A stretch of DNA of 64,000 bases from Scyliorhinus canicula (Eukaryota), in contig NC_052149.1 of assembly GCF_902713615.1 (NCBI RefSeq), positions 126,235,256 to 126,299,255 on the forward strand, given 5' to 3'. Of this stretch, positions 33,946 through 45,557 are shown one piece after another (the stretch's first letter is position 1; each line of letters opens with the position of its first letter). The position numbers and the translations under genes are program-made. Under the pieces are notes generated by a model. The model was given only the letters and a program-made list of their open reading frames with translations, was not told the origin of the DNA and ran no database searches.

Positions 33946-34338
33946 TGACACTGTTTTATCATCAAGTCGCTGTTTCCTGTCCATTTTGGCAAATCCCAGT
34001 TTCAGAAAATTGACCTTTCCCCAATTTAAAACTTTTACTCTTGGTCTATCTTTACCCTTTTCCTGAAGTACTGTAAATCTAACTGAATTATGATCACTAT
34101 TACCCAAATACTCTCCCACTGATACCCCTTCCACCTGCCCAGATTCAATCCACAAAACTGTCCAAAACTCCCCTTCTGTTGTTGGGATTGTTCTGTACTG
34201 GTTCAAAAAGTTGCCCAGAATGGATTGTCAGAATTCCAGAACATCTATACATTGACACTGATTTTATCCCAGTGAATATTCAGGAAGTTGAAATCATTTA
34301 TAATGGCAGAGATTAAAGTTCCTTCCCTTCTCTTCCAG

Positions 34339-34668
34339 GCCGTGAGAATTCACAACCCACACTGACCCTGCTGCCCCCCTCCCTGGAGGAGGTCAAGACC
34401 AAGGGCACTGCCACCCTGGTGTGCCTTGCCAATCGCTTCTATCCCGATGAGCTGGTGGTGGAGTGGAAGAAGGATGGTGCAGCCATTTCGGACGGGGTTC
34501 AGACCAGCAACTACCTGCGAGCTTCGGACAACACCTACAGTGTCAGCAGCCTGCTGACCCTCTCTGGCTCTGCCTGGGAGTCCAACGCCCCGCTTCTCCT
34601 GTGCCCTCACCCACGTGAGCCTCTCCTCTGCCCTCAGCAAGAGCATCAGGAGATCAGAATGTGTGTAG
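34339..34668 (+). pseudogene. IGKC: Orphan Ig kappa-type constant exon C2 with +1 frameshift
   Basis: Acceptor TCTTCCAG|GC retained; close match to C1 but AAC GCC C CGC (C run 34588-34591) shifts the frame before the second domain Cys; original stop TAG at 34666-34668, shifted frame ends at 34706; no V or J upstream. Confidence 0.85.
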
Positions 34669-34824
34669 AGTGTCAGAGACAGTCCACAGAGGAGACACAA
34701 CTTTAAATAGAACAGGGGTGAGCTGGGAGGGCAAAGGCCATTGTCAGCACTGACTTACAACTCACTTCCTTCGCGGGACTGGGTCTGAGACACTTCTGAG
34801 GGTCAGGGGTTAAGGCATGTTTTT

Positions 34825-35306
34825 GGGACAGTGTTGAGGGATCTTCGCTTCATATCTAACCTAGCGCTGTACCTGTCCTGGGAGTGTTTGATGGGACAGT
34901 GCAGAGAGAGCTATACTTTGTATCTAACCCTGTGCTGTACCTGTTCTGGGAGTATTGATCGGGAGAGTGTGGAGGGAGCTTTACTCTGTATCTAACCCCG
35001 TGCTGTACCTGCCCTGGGAGTGTTTGATGGGACAGTGCAGAGAGAGCTATACTTTGTATCTAACCCTGTGCTGTACCTGTTCTGGGAGTGTTTGATGGGA
35101 CAGTGCAGAGAGAGCAATACTTTGTATCTAACCTGTGCTGTACCTGTTCTGGGAGTATTGATCGGGAGAGTGTGGAGGGAGCTTTACTCTGTATCTAACC
35201 CCGTGCTGTACCTGCCCTGGGAGTGTTTGATGGGACAGTGAGAGGGAGCTTTAATTTGTATCTAACCTGTGCTGTACCTGCCCTGGGAGTGTTTGATGGG
35301 ACAGTG
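34825..35306. repeat. About 68-bp satellite, 7 tandem copies, in the C2 3' UTR equivalent
   Basis: Unit GGGACAGTG..GAGCTTTACTCTGTATCTAACCCCGTGCTGTACCTGCCCTGGGAGTGTTTGAT; 473 bp across 7 units. Confidence 0.92.
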
Positions 35307-35519
35307 CAGACTCGTGAAGCCAAGTAAAACCTCTCTAAGATGCTGAAGACTGTCAGCTGTATAAAAATAATGTGACCCTCTCAGGGTCTGCTTCAGGAAA
35401 CCAGACCTCCTTCCTGCTCACACTATAGTTATAATTTAAGGTCCAGTCACTGTTTAAAGGGACAGGATTCTCCTGTTATTGAGAAAATCTCCACAAGGTT
35501 CTTAATAAACTTCCATTCA

Positions 35520-38368
35520 TGAACAGCCAGTTGTCATGGTGCATATAGGCACCAACGATATAGGTTAAAAAAAAGGATGAGGTCCTACAATCAGAATTTA
35601 GGGAGTTAGGAGATAAGTTAAAAAGTAGGACCTCAAAGGTAATAATCTCAGGGTTGCTACCAGTGCCACGGGACAGTCAGAGTAGAAATTCAAGAATAGT
35701 CAGAATGAATACGTGGCTTGAGAGATGGTGCAGGAGGGAGGGGTTCAGATATTTGGGACATTGGAACCGGTTCTGGGGGCGGTGGGACCATTACAAACCG
35801 GATGGTCTACACCTGGGCAGGACTGGAACCAATGGCCGAGAGGGTGCTTTTGCTAACACTGTTGGGGAGGTTTTAAACTAATGTGGCAGGGGAATGGGAA
35901 CCAGATTAGGAAGTTAGAGGTCAGTAAAGAAGCAGCAACTAAAGCCAGTAAGGTACGAGACAATAAACTCAATGTGACTAAGGGAAAGAGTAGACAGGGA
36001 AGAGATGATGAACGCAAAGGAACAGGTGGTCTGTCGTGCATTTGTTTTAATGTGAGAAGTGTAGCAGGTAAGGCAGATGAACTTAGGGCTTGGATCAGTA
36101 CCTGGGAATATGATGTTATTGGTATTACTGAGACTTGGTTGAGGGAAGGGCAGGACTGGCAACTGAATATCCCAGGGTATAGATGCTTCAGGAGGGATAG
36201 AGAGGGAGGTAGAAGGGGTGGAGGAGTTGCATTACTCATCAGAGATGATATCACAGCTGTGATTAAGGAGGGCACGATGGAGGATTCGAGCACTGAGGCA
36301 ATATGGGTGGAGCTGAGAAATAGGAAGGGTGCAGTAACATTGTTGGGACTTTACTACAGACCTCCCAAAAGCGAGCAGGAAGTAGAGGTACAAATATGCA
36401 GACAGATTATAGAAAAATGTAGGAGCAATAGGGTGGTTGTGATGGGAGATTTTAACTTCCCCAAGATTGAATGGGATTCGTGTAGTGTTGGAGGCGTAGA
36501 TGAAGCAGAGTTTGTAAGGAGCATCCAGGAGAGTTTTTTAGAGCAGTATGTAAATAGTCCAACTCGGGAATGGGCCATACTGGATCTGGTATTGGGGAAT
36601 GATCCCGGCCAGGTGGTTGATGTTTCAGTCGGTGATTACTTTGGGAATAGCGATCACAATTCCGTAAGTTTTAGAATACTCATGGACAAGGACAAGAGTG
36701 GTCCTAAAGGAAGAGTGCTAAATTGGGGAAAGGCAGAGTATAACAAAATTCGGCAGGAGCTAGGGAATGTGGATTGGGAGCAGCTGTTTAAGGATAAATC
36801 CACATTTGAAATGTGGGAGTCTTTTAAGGAAAGGTTGATTAGAGTGCAGGACAGACATGTTCCTGTGAAAATGAAAGATAGAAATGGCAAGATTAGGGAA
36901 CCATGGATGACGGGTGAAATTGTGAGACTAGCTAAGATGAAAAAGGAAGCATACATAGGATCGAGGCAACTCAAAACTGATGAAGCTTTGGAGGAATATT
37001 GGGAAAGTAGCACGAATCTCAAACACGCAATAAAGAGGGCTAAAAGGGGTCGTTAAATATCTTTGGCTAACAGGGTTAAGGAAAATCCCAAAGCCTTTTA
37101 TTCGTATGTAAGGAGCAAAATGGTAACTAGAGAAAGGATTGGCGCACTCAAAGACAAAAGAGGGAATTTATGCGTGGACTCAGAGGAAATGGGTGAGATT
37201 CTTAATGAGTACTTTGCATCGGTACTCACAAAGGAGAGGGACAAGACGGATGTTGAGGCTACGGATGGATGTTTAAATACTCTAGGTCAAGTTGTCATAC
37301 GGAAGGGGGACGTTTTGGGTATTCTAAAAGACATTAAGGTGGACAAGTCCCTAGGACCGGATAGGATCTATCCCAGGTTACTGAGGGAAGCAAGGGTTGA
37401 AATAGCTGGGGCCTTAACAGACATCTTTGCAGCATCCTTGAGCACGGATGAGGTCCCGGAGGACTGGAGAATTGCTAATGTTGTCCCTTTGTTTAAGAAG
37501 GGTAGCAGGGATAATCCAGGGAATTATAGACCTGTGAACTTGACGTCAGTGGTAGGCAAACTGTTGGAGAAGATACTGAGGGATAGGATCTATTCACATC
37601 TGGAAGAAAATAGACTTATCAGTGATAGGCAGCATGGTTTTGTGCAGGGAAGGTCATGTCTTACAAACCTAACAGAATTCTTTGAGGAAGTGACAAAGTT
37701 AATTGATGAGGGAAGGGCTGTAGATGTCATATACATGGACTTTAGTAAGGCGTTTGATAAGCTTTCCCATGGCAGGTTGATGGAAAAAGTGAAGTCGTAT
37801 GGGGTTCAGGGTGTACTAGCTAGATGGATAAAGAACTGGCTGGGCAACAGGAGACAGAGAGTAGTGGTGGAAGGGTGTGTCTCAAAATGGAGAAGGGTGA
37901 CCAGTGGTGTTCCACAGGGATCCGTGCTCGGACCTCTGCTGTTTGTGATCTACATAAATGACCTGGAGGAAGGCATAGGTGGTCTGATTAGCAAGTTTGC
38001 AGATGATACTAAGATTGGTGGAGTTGCAGATAGCGAGGAGGACTGTCAGAGAATACAACAAAATATAGATAGATTGGAGAGTTGGGCAGAGAAATGGCAG
38101 ATGGAGTTCAATCCAGGCAAATGCGAGGTGATGCATTTTGGAAAATCAAATTCAAGAGCGGACTATATGGTCAATGGAAGTGTCTTGGGGAAAATTGATG
38201 TACAGAGAGATCTGGGAGTTCAGGTCAATTGTACCCTGAAGGTGGCAACGCAGGTTGATAGAGTGGTCAAGAAGGCATACAGCATGCTTGCCTTCATCGG
38301 ACGGGGTATTGAGTACAAGAGCTGGCAGGTCATGTTACAGTTGTATAGGACTTTGGTTCGGCCACATT
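35520..38368 (+). mobile_element. CR1 LINE (end of ORF1 esterase, ORF2 EN and RT), truncated at both ends
   Basis: ORF1 HIGTND-like and PDGLH motifs; EN ORF 35881-37056; RT ORF 37063-38424 breaks at ..LVRPH and joins Ig 3'-flank sequence. Confidence 0.9.
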
Positions 38369-38599
38369 GCTCTGTGAAATGTCCCTCCTCCCCATCAGAT
38401 GATTGGCTGCATTTCAGCAAGTGATTGTCATGATTGGCTGGTTGGCATGTCAATCAATGACACATCAGCAGAAGATTTGATTTAAAGACAATTATCAATC
38501 ATTTTAAAATGATCAGTTTTATCTGGAATCTCTGAGTTTACAAGATTGAAATCAGAAAAGAGACTGAAATTTGCTGGGATTAAATCATCACAATCACAA

Positions 38600-39025
38600 T
38601 TCTCCAATCCATATTCCCACCGCCCCTTGACCTGACCATCTCACGTGGTCTCACTACTCCCAGTGTTTCAATCACAGGTAAGACCATCTCTGATCACTTC
38701 CTTGTATCACTCCCCACCCACATCCCCCTTCCACACCCCAACCCTTCTGTATCCATCCCTGGAAAAACCTATTCCCCAATTCACTTCCAACGGCACTTTC
38801 AAAATGCCAACTATCTGTCTCTGGCCCTCCGATCACCACAACATTTCTGCAGCGACTGATTTACCCAACCTCACCCTCACCTCCACCTTTAATATCCTCG
38901 TTCCCAATAAACCCATTCCTCTCTCTCACCGTGAACGTTCCCCCTGCTACGGCCTCATATCCACTCACTTAATCCAAGCGACGCAGGCTTGAAAGGATGT
39001 GGTGGAGAACTGGTTTATCCATTAA
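38600..39025 (+). mobile_element. L2 remnant, paralog of 10760-11200
   Basis: Colinear with the L2 after C1 and C3. Confidence 0.75.
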
Positions 39026-39206
39026 GATGATCCCAGACCCGACCCCAACAGCGGCTCTGATACTGGACAGAAATATTTATATTTTAGTTTATTTGTAAGA
39101 CTGAGGAATGAATGACTCGCTCTCTGAGCAATAGCATGAAAAAATAGGGCTTTGGTAATTTAAAACGTAAATGAATGTGAATGTAATATTAGCTTCTTAA
39201 TTTCAG

Positions 39207-39420
39207 AGGCGGCACGGTTACGTGGTGGTTAGCACTGCTGCCTACAGTGCCAAGGACCCGAGTTTGATCCCAGCCCCGGGTTACTGTCTGTGTGGAGTTT
39301 GCACATTCTCCCCATGTCCGCGAGGGTCTCACCCTCACAACCAAAGATGTGCAGGTTAGGTGAATTGGACACTCTAAATAGCACATTAATTGGAAAAAAA
39401 TAATTGGTACTCTAAATTTA
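39207..39420 (+). mobile_element. tRNA-derived SINE (HE1-like)
   Basis: GGCGGCACGG..GTGGTTAGCACTGCTGCC head, GTGTGGAGTTTGCACATTCTCCCC core. Confidence 0.85.
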
Positions 39421-39424
39421 AAAA

Positions 39425-39720
39425 TAATAATAATAAGTAGGCTTACATTAACACTGTAATGTTGTTACTGTGAAAAGCCCCTAGTCGCCACCTTCCGATG
39501 CCTGCTCGGGTACATAGAGGGAGAATTCAGAATGTCCAAATTACCTGACAGCACGTCTTTCGGGACTTGTGGGTGGAAACCAGGGCACCCGGAGGAAACC
39601 CACACGGACACGGGGAGAACGGGGAGACTCCACACAGACACTGACCCAAACCGGGAATCGAACCTGGCACCCTGGCGCTGTGAAGCAACAGTGCTAACCA
39701 CTGTGCTACCGTGCCACCCA
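39425..39720 (-). mobile_element. tRNA-derived SINE
   Basis: Reverse complement GGGTGGCACGGTAGCACAGTGGTTAGC..GGTTCGATTCCCGG..ACTAGGGGCTTTTCACAGTAAC. Confidence 0.85.
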
Positions 39721-40384
39721 CAATAATTTCACACCTGAAAAAAACAGTTCATAATTACCTCTTAAACACTACAACTCAGTTCCCATTAAACAACAAGAAA
39801 AGAGACAGACAGCTCCCAATTCATCTTGATGTGGGTATGTTTCTCGAATAAACATTGATCCTCCCGTTACGTTTCAAAATGTCTCTGTGCATTCCTTGGC
39901 TCCAGCCAGCAATGGCCTCAACTACACAAAGTAAACACAAATGACTGCAGGCTGTAAAACACATTGGGTGGGATTCACCGTCGGCCGATGCCAAAATCGC
40001 CAAACACAATTGGGTGGAGAATTGCCTCCGACTCCAAAATCACGTAGGCACCGGTTTGACACCAAATCCGGATTCCCCGGCACCCCGGAAATGGCGTAAA
40101 TGCAGCATTTAAACCGGTGGCATATAATTAACGGCCTGACATCTTATTCTCTGAGGCCTCCGAGATTCACCACTCCGTCAGGCTGAGTTCCCAATGGCAT
40201 GGTTCAGTTGCAGTCTCAAAAATGGTGAACCTGGCGTTGTGGCTGCTGAGAGAGAGAGAGAGGAGGTAGGACATGGCGTGGAGTGACTGCAGGTTGCCAG
40301 CCTGGACACCGGTCGTGCTGGCTGGGGTGAGGGGGCCCTTGCCAGGGCTGGGCAAGAAGGAGAGTAATAGGTTTATTTTTTTTT

Positions 40385-40607
40385 AATATCAACATAGTGT
40401 ACCCAATTCATTTTTTCCAATTAAGGGGCAATTTAGCCTGGCCAATCCACCTAGCCTGCACGCCTTTGGATTGTGGGGTTGAAACCCACGCAAACACGGG
40501 GAGAATGTGCAAACTCCACACGGATAGTGACCCAGAGCCGTGATCGAACCTGGGACCTCGGCGCTGTGAGGCTGCAGGGCCAACCCACTGCGCCACCGTG
40601 CTGCCCT
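40385..40607 (-). mobile_element. tRNA-derived SINE (HE1-like)
   Basis: Reverse complement GGGCAGCACGGTGGCGCAGTGG..GGTTCGATCACGG..GTGTGGAGTTTGCACATTCTCCC. Confidence 0.88.
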
Positions 40608-41360
40608 GGAGAGGAATCGGTTAAGCAGCCGGGTTGCCCCACCCACAGGACTGAGTCGGTGCCCAGGCACTGGCTGCCATTACAGTGGGCATCTTGCTGC
40701 GCACCCACCTCGGCCCCTGGTTGAAGACAGTGACACTGGCCATGTGGGTGAGGCCATTAACATCACACAGAGCACCGAGGCAGGTTGTAACGTTGGCAAC
40801 AGGTGCTTATTTTGAACAGTCTGTGCCCTCGCCCCTATAACTAAGCTGTGCCCTGCACCCATGCCAACTTAACTGGTGTCTAACTTTCTGGCCTTATGGG
40901 CCCTAACTGTACGCCGAGGTGGTTCCCCAGATGGTACAGCAGGAGTAGAGGCGGCCTTCTGTGACTCCTGCCCTGAGGCGAGGTCCCCGTTGGTGTGCAT
41001 CTGCTGGGGTGACCCGGCCTGGATGGGCCCGAACGCTGCTCGGGTGTCCCAGGTGGAGTGGTGCTGCCCTGTTCTGCCCGCTGTCCAACAGATGCGCAGG
41101 TGGGTGTCCGAGCTGCTGAGGTGTTCTGGCACGTCCCTTGAAGGGATCACCAGCACGGGCCCCATCACATTCTTCTCCCTTGGGGTGCCCGATGGCCCCC
41201 TGATACTCCATAGGACGGGGGTGAAAGCGGAGCCATCCCCTGAGCCCCCCCCCTGCCACCTGGCACAGCCAGTCCTGGAGGCCCACTCTGGTCTCGAACA
41301 GGGTCTGCACGCTCACGACATGGAGCACAGGGAGTGGCCTACCTCCTTCTGGAGCTGCAC

Positions 41361-41684
41361 CACATCAGCCAGTGACTGTGCCACCACCCTCTGGGTCTGT
41401 GTGACATCAGTCAGTGACTGCGCCATCTCCCTCTGGGTCTGTGTGACATCAGTCAGTGACTGTGCCACCACCCTCTGGGTCTGTGTCACATCAGCCAGTG
41501 ACTGTGCCACCACCCTCTGGGTCTGTGTCACATCAGTCAGTGACTGCGCCATCTCCCTCTGGGTCTGTGTGACATCAGTCAGTGACTGCGCCATCTCCCT
41601 CTGGGTCTGTGTGACATCAGTCAGTGACTGCGCCATCTCCCTCTGGGTCTGTGTGACATCAGTCAGTGACTGCGCCATCTCCCT
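41361..41684. repeat. 42-bp tandem repeat (about 7.7 copies), open on the minus strand as (MAQSLTDVTQTQRE)n
   Basis: Unit TCTGGGTCTGTGTGACATCAGTCAGTGACTGCGCCATCTCCC with two variants; ORF 41313-41678. Confidence 0.93.
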
Positions 41685-42725
41685 CTTGGGCTAGGCCACC
41701 TCGCCCAGTGACTGTGCCATGCCGGCCAGCGTCTGTGCAATGCTGTGGGTGGGGCATGCAGAGGAGAGCCACTGCAATGTCCAGGTGCCTGTGAGAGGGC
41801 AGCCCTGTCCTGGGCCTCGTCCCCCATCTGCACAGAATTCTCCAGGCCTTGGGCACATTGATCCATAGCCGGAACTGTCGTTACCATTGCCTCCACCAAG
41901 TTCCGCCCCTCCAGTTATCACATCCTCCAGGTGTCGAATTGCTCTTCCTGTCATTAACTCAAAATGGGCTGGACCCGTTCCCCGGGTGGGGGTGGCTCTT
42001 TGTCACAATGATATTGCATTATCTTACCCATCAGGTGATGGGTTCTGATGCATTTATTGCCCATGAAGCACACGGTGCCTGCCTGTGGCTACCGCATCCA
42101 TTTGGGCAGAGTAATATTCCACTGGTCTTAATTTATCCCCATGTATCTGGGCTACTATAGCGGCCTACATTCCACAATCCTCCTGGCAGAAGATGTGGGA
42201 TGGCCGACTGTGGCCTGGCAACCCCAGGGCGTGTTGACCATTGATTGTTTTAGATTGGAAAAGCTTGCATCTCCTCCCCACACTCCATTTTGTCTTTGCT
42301 AGCCCTTCTCCCCTTTGCTAAATCTTGTCGGGGCTTCACAAAGATTGCTTACCCTTCCACTAGATTTTAAATCTATTGAAAGTCACTTATAAATTCTCAA
42401 ATTCTTGAAGCTCCAGCAAATCTTGTTTCACTTGCAGTTTTCACAAAAGATTCATTATGCTTGGGGCAAAATGGGTTAATTAGTCTGGACATATCTGACA
42501 ATTCAAAGTTAAAAGTCCCAATTCCTGTAAAAAAAAACATCTTCAGCTGTTAAAAGGCAAGGGTTAATTATCTGCTGTCTGAGGAGAGGCGGGGTAAAAG
42601 TTTTCAACTGGACTTCATTACATCACCACCCACCTTTGTTTAACTTAACCAGAAACACAATGAGAGATTGTCATCAATCTCTACTTTACACCCATCTTTT
42701 TTTCCCCTCAAAATTTGTTTCCTTT

Positions 42726-45542
42726 TCAAGGTTTTTGAGGCATTTTATCAGAGGTTGCACAGGTCAGAGACCGTGAGATGCAGGGATTCCTAGATGGGTT
42801 GGAGTACCCGAGGTTAGGGGAGAGGGACAGGGCTACATTAGAAGAAGCAATAGTGGAGCAGGAGATAAGGGATGCGATTGGGAGGATGCAGTCGGGGAAG
42901 GTGGCAGGGCCAGATGGGTTTCCGGTGGAATATTATAAAAAATTCAAGGATAAGCTGGCACCCCTGATGGTGGGGATGTTTGAAGAGGCGATAGGAAAGG
43001 GGGTGTTGCCACAAACCTTGGGGCAGGCATCAATTTCGCTGTTGCTTAAAAAAGATAAGGATCCGACGGAGTGTTGGTCGTATCGGCCGATATCACTTCC
43101 GAATGTGGACGCAAAAGTATTGGCAAAGGTACTGGCGGGGAGGCAGGAGGAGTGTCTCCCGAAGGTGATGGGTGAAGATCAGACGGGGTTCGTGAAAAGG
43201 AGGCAGCTGTTTTCGAACATTAGGAGGGTTTTGAACATCGTTATGACAACGGCGGAAGGGAAGGAAACAGAGGTGGTTGTAGCATCGGACGGCGAGAAGG
43301 CATTTGACCGGATAGAATGGGGGTACCTGATGGCAGTTCTGGAGCAGTTTGGGATTGGACCAAGATTTGTGAACTGGGTAAAGTTATTATATAAGGAGCC
43401 GAAGGCGAGTGTCCGCACAAACATCATCAGCTCGAGATACTTTTCTCTCCACCGTGGGACGAGACAGGGATGTTCTATGTCCCCCATGCTGTTTGCACTT
43501 GCGATTGAGCCGTTGGCCATCGCATTAAGAAGTTTGGGAGCATGGAAAGGAATAGTGGCGGGGGGGGCGGGGGGGGATAGAGCATAGGGTGTCCTTATAT
43601 GCCGACGACTTGCTGCTGTATGTGTCAGAATTGAGTGCATCGATAGGAGGAATATTGGAGTTACTGTGAGTATTTGGGTCTTTCTCAGGGTACAAGCTGA
43701 ACCTGGACAAGAGTGAGTATTTTGTGGTGTCTCGGCCGGGGGTGGGGCAGGGGCATGGGGGGTGACATTCCGTAGGGCTGGGACTCACTTTAGGTATCTG
43801 GGGGTGCCGGTTGCCCGGGAGTGGGGGAGGCTTCGCAGATACAACATCACTGGTTTGGTGGGGAGAGTGAAAGCCGATCTGGCAAGGTGGGATGGTCTCC
43901 CTCTGTCACTGGTGGGTCGGGTACAGGCGGTTAAAATGAATGTGTTGCAGCGATTTCTGTTTATTTTTCAATGCCTGACGATTTTCCTGCTAAAGGCTTT
44001 TTCAGAGAGATTGAGGGAAGGATTACTTCATTCATATGGGGAGGGAAGGTGGCCAGAGTGAGGATGGTGCTGCTGCAGAGGGGAAGGCAGGCAGGGGGTT
44101 TGGGTCTCCCAAACCTGATGCACTACAACTGGGCGGCGAATGTGGAGAAGATGCAGAGCTGGGTCAGAGGGGTTGATTCCCAGTGGGTCAGAATGGAGGA
44201 GAGTTTGTGCAGGGGGTCGGGACTGAAAGCACTAGCAACAGCGCCGCTCCCGATAGCTCCGGGGAAATACTCGGGGAGTCCGGTAATAATAGCTTCATTG
44301 AAAATCTGGAGGCAGTTTCACCAACCCTTCGGGTTGGGGGTAGGGTCAAGGTAAATGCCGATTCGGGGGAACCACAGATTTGAGCCAAGGAGGTGGGATG
44401 GAAGCTTTCGGAAATGGGAGGAGATGGGGATTAAGACGCTAAAAGGTTTGTTTCTTCGGGGTCAATTTGCAGGATTGAGGGAGCTGGAAGCGAAGTATGG
44501 GTTGGAGCAGGGAGAAATGTTTAGATACATACAGGCTTGAGATTTTGCCAGGAAGGAGATACACAGCTTCCCTGAGGAACCGGCCTCCACGTTGTTGGAG
44601 GAGGTGCTGGCAGCAAGGGGAATGGAGAAGGGGGAAGTGTTAGCGGTGTGCGGAGCTATGTTGGAAAAGGATAAGGCACCACTGGAAGGGATCAAAGCAA
44701 AGTGGGAGGAAGAGTTGGGAGAGGTTATAGAGGAGGGGGTGTGGTGTGAGGTGCTCCGGAGAGTGAATGCCTCCACCTCGTGTGCGAGGTTGGGGCTGAT
44801 ACAGCTGAAGGTGGTATACAGAGCACACCTCACGAGGGCGAGGATGAGCCGATTCTTTGAAGGAGTAGAAGAAAGGTGTGAACGTTGCGGGGGGGGGGGG
44901 GGGGGGGGGGCCCCTAATCCCGTTCTATGTTTTTGGTCCTGTCCAAAGCTTGGGGAGTACTGGAATGAGTGTTTAAGGTTTGTGGTGTGTGAAACTGGAC
45001 CCGGGTCCCTGGGAGGCCATATTCGGGGGTGTCGGACCAGCCAGGGTTGAAAACGGGTGCGGAGGCAGATATCATAGCCTTTGCCTCGTGATCGCACGAA
45101 GGCGAATCCCTGCTGGGATGGAGAGCAGCCTCTCCACCCTGTGCCCTGGCGTGGCGGGGGGACCTGTTGGAATACTTGACCCTTGAGAAGGTTAAGTTCG
45201 AAACTGAGGGAAGCTCGGAGGGATTCTACAATTCATGGGCCACTATTTATTATGCACTTTCAAGAACTGGATAACATTCCAACATTAGTGGGGGGGGGGG
45301 GGGGGGGGGGGGGGGGTGGTTGGGGGGTAGGGTGGCTGTATATTTTAAAGATGGTTATGGGTAATCCTGATTCCTTTTGTCATTTGTTATGTACTTATGG
45401 GCTGATGTTTGGGAGTGGTGGGAGGATGGGATCGTTGTTAGTGTTATCGGGTTGACATATTTGTTGTGATTATTGTTTGTTGTTGGTGGGTGTAAATTTG
45501 GGAGAAAACATTGAAAAAGGAGAATAAAATATATATTTTTAC
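42726..45542 (+). mobile_element. 5'-truncated L1-clade LINE with 15-bp TSD
   Basis: RT motifs QTGFVK, EKAFDR, RQGC and YADD, frameshifted; AATAAA tail; AAATTTGTTTCCTTT at 42711-42725 and 45543-45557. Confidence 0.92.
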
Positions 45543-45557
45543 AAATTTGTTTCCTTT

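Larger units (their letters stand above)
30745..34338 (+). other. Remnant J-C intron of the orphan constant exon (homologous to about 5670-6500 and 9285-9658), interrupted by a MITE and a CR1
   Basis: Colinear blocks, e.g. ATTTCAGTGCT..CCTTTACCTCCTGACACTGAACCAATTTGAAATCCAATTT (about 30776-30898 vs 5939-6060) and TTTTGGCAAATCCCAGTTT..C acceptor (about 33984 vs 9293). Confidence 0.85.
39967..42150 (-). mobile_element. Probable PIF/Harbinger-like non-autonomous element containing a SINE and a coiled-coil repeat ORF remnant
   Basis: Terminus GGGTGGGATTC at 39967 like the MITE TIRs; GC-rich body similar in style to 26720-27495; boundaries uncertain. Confidence 0.45.
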
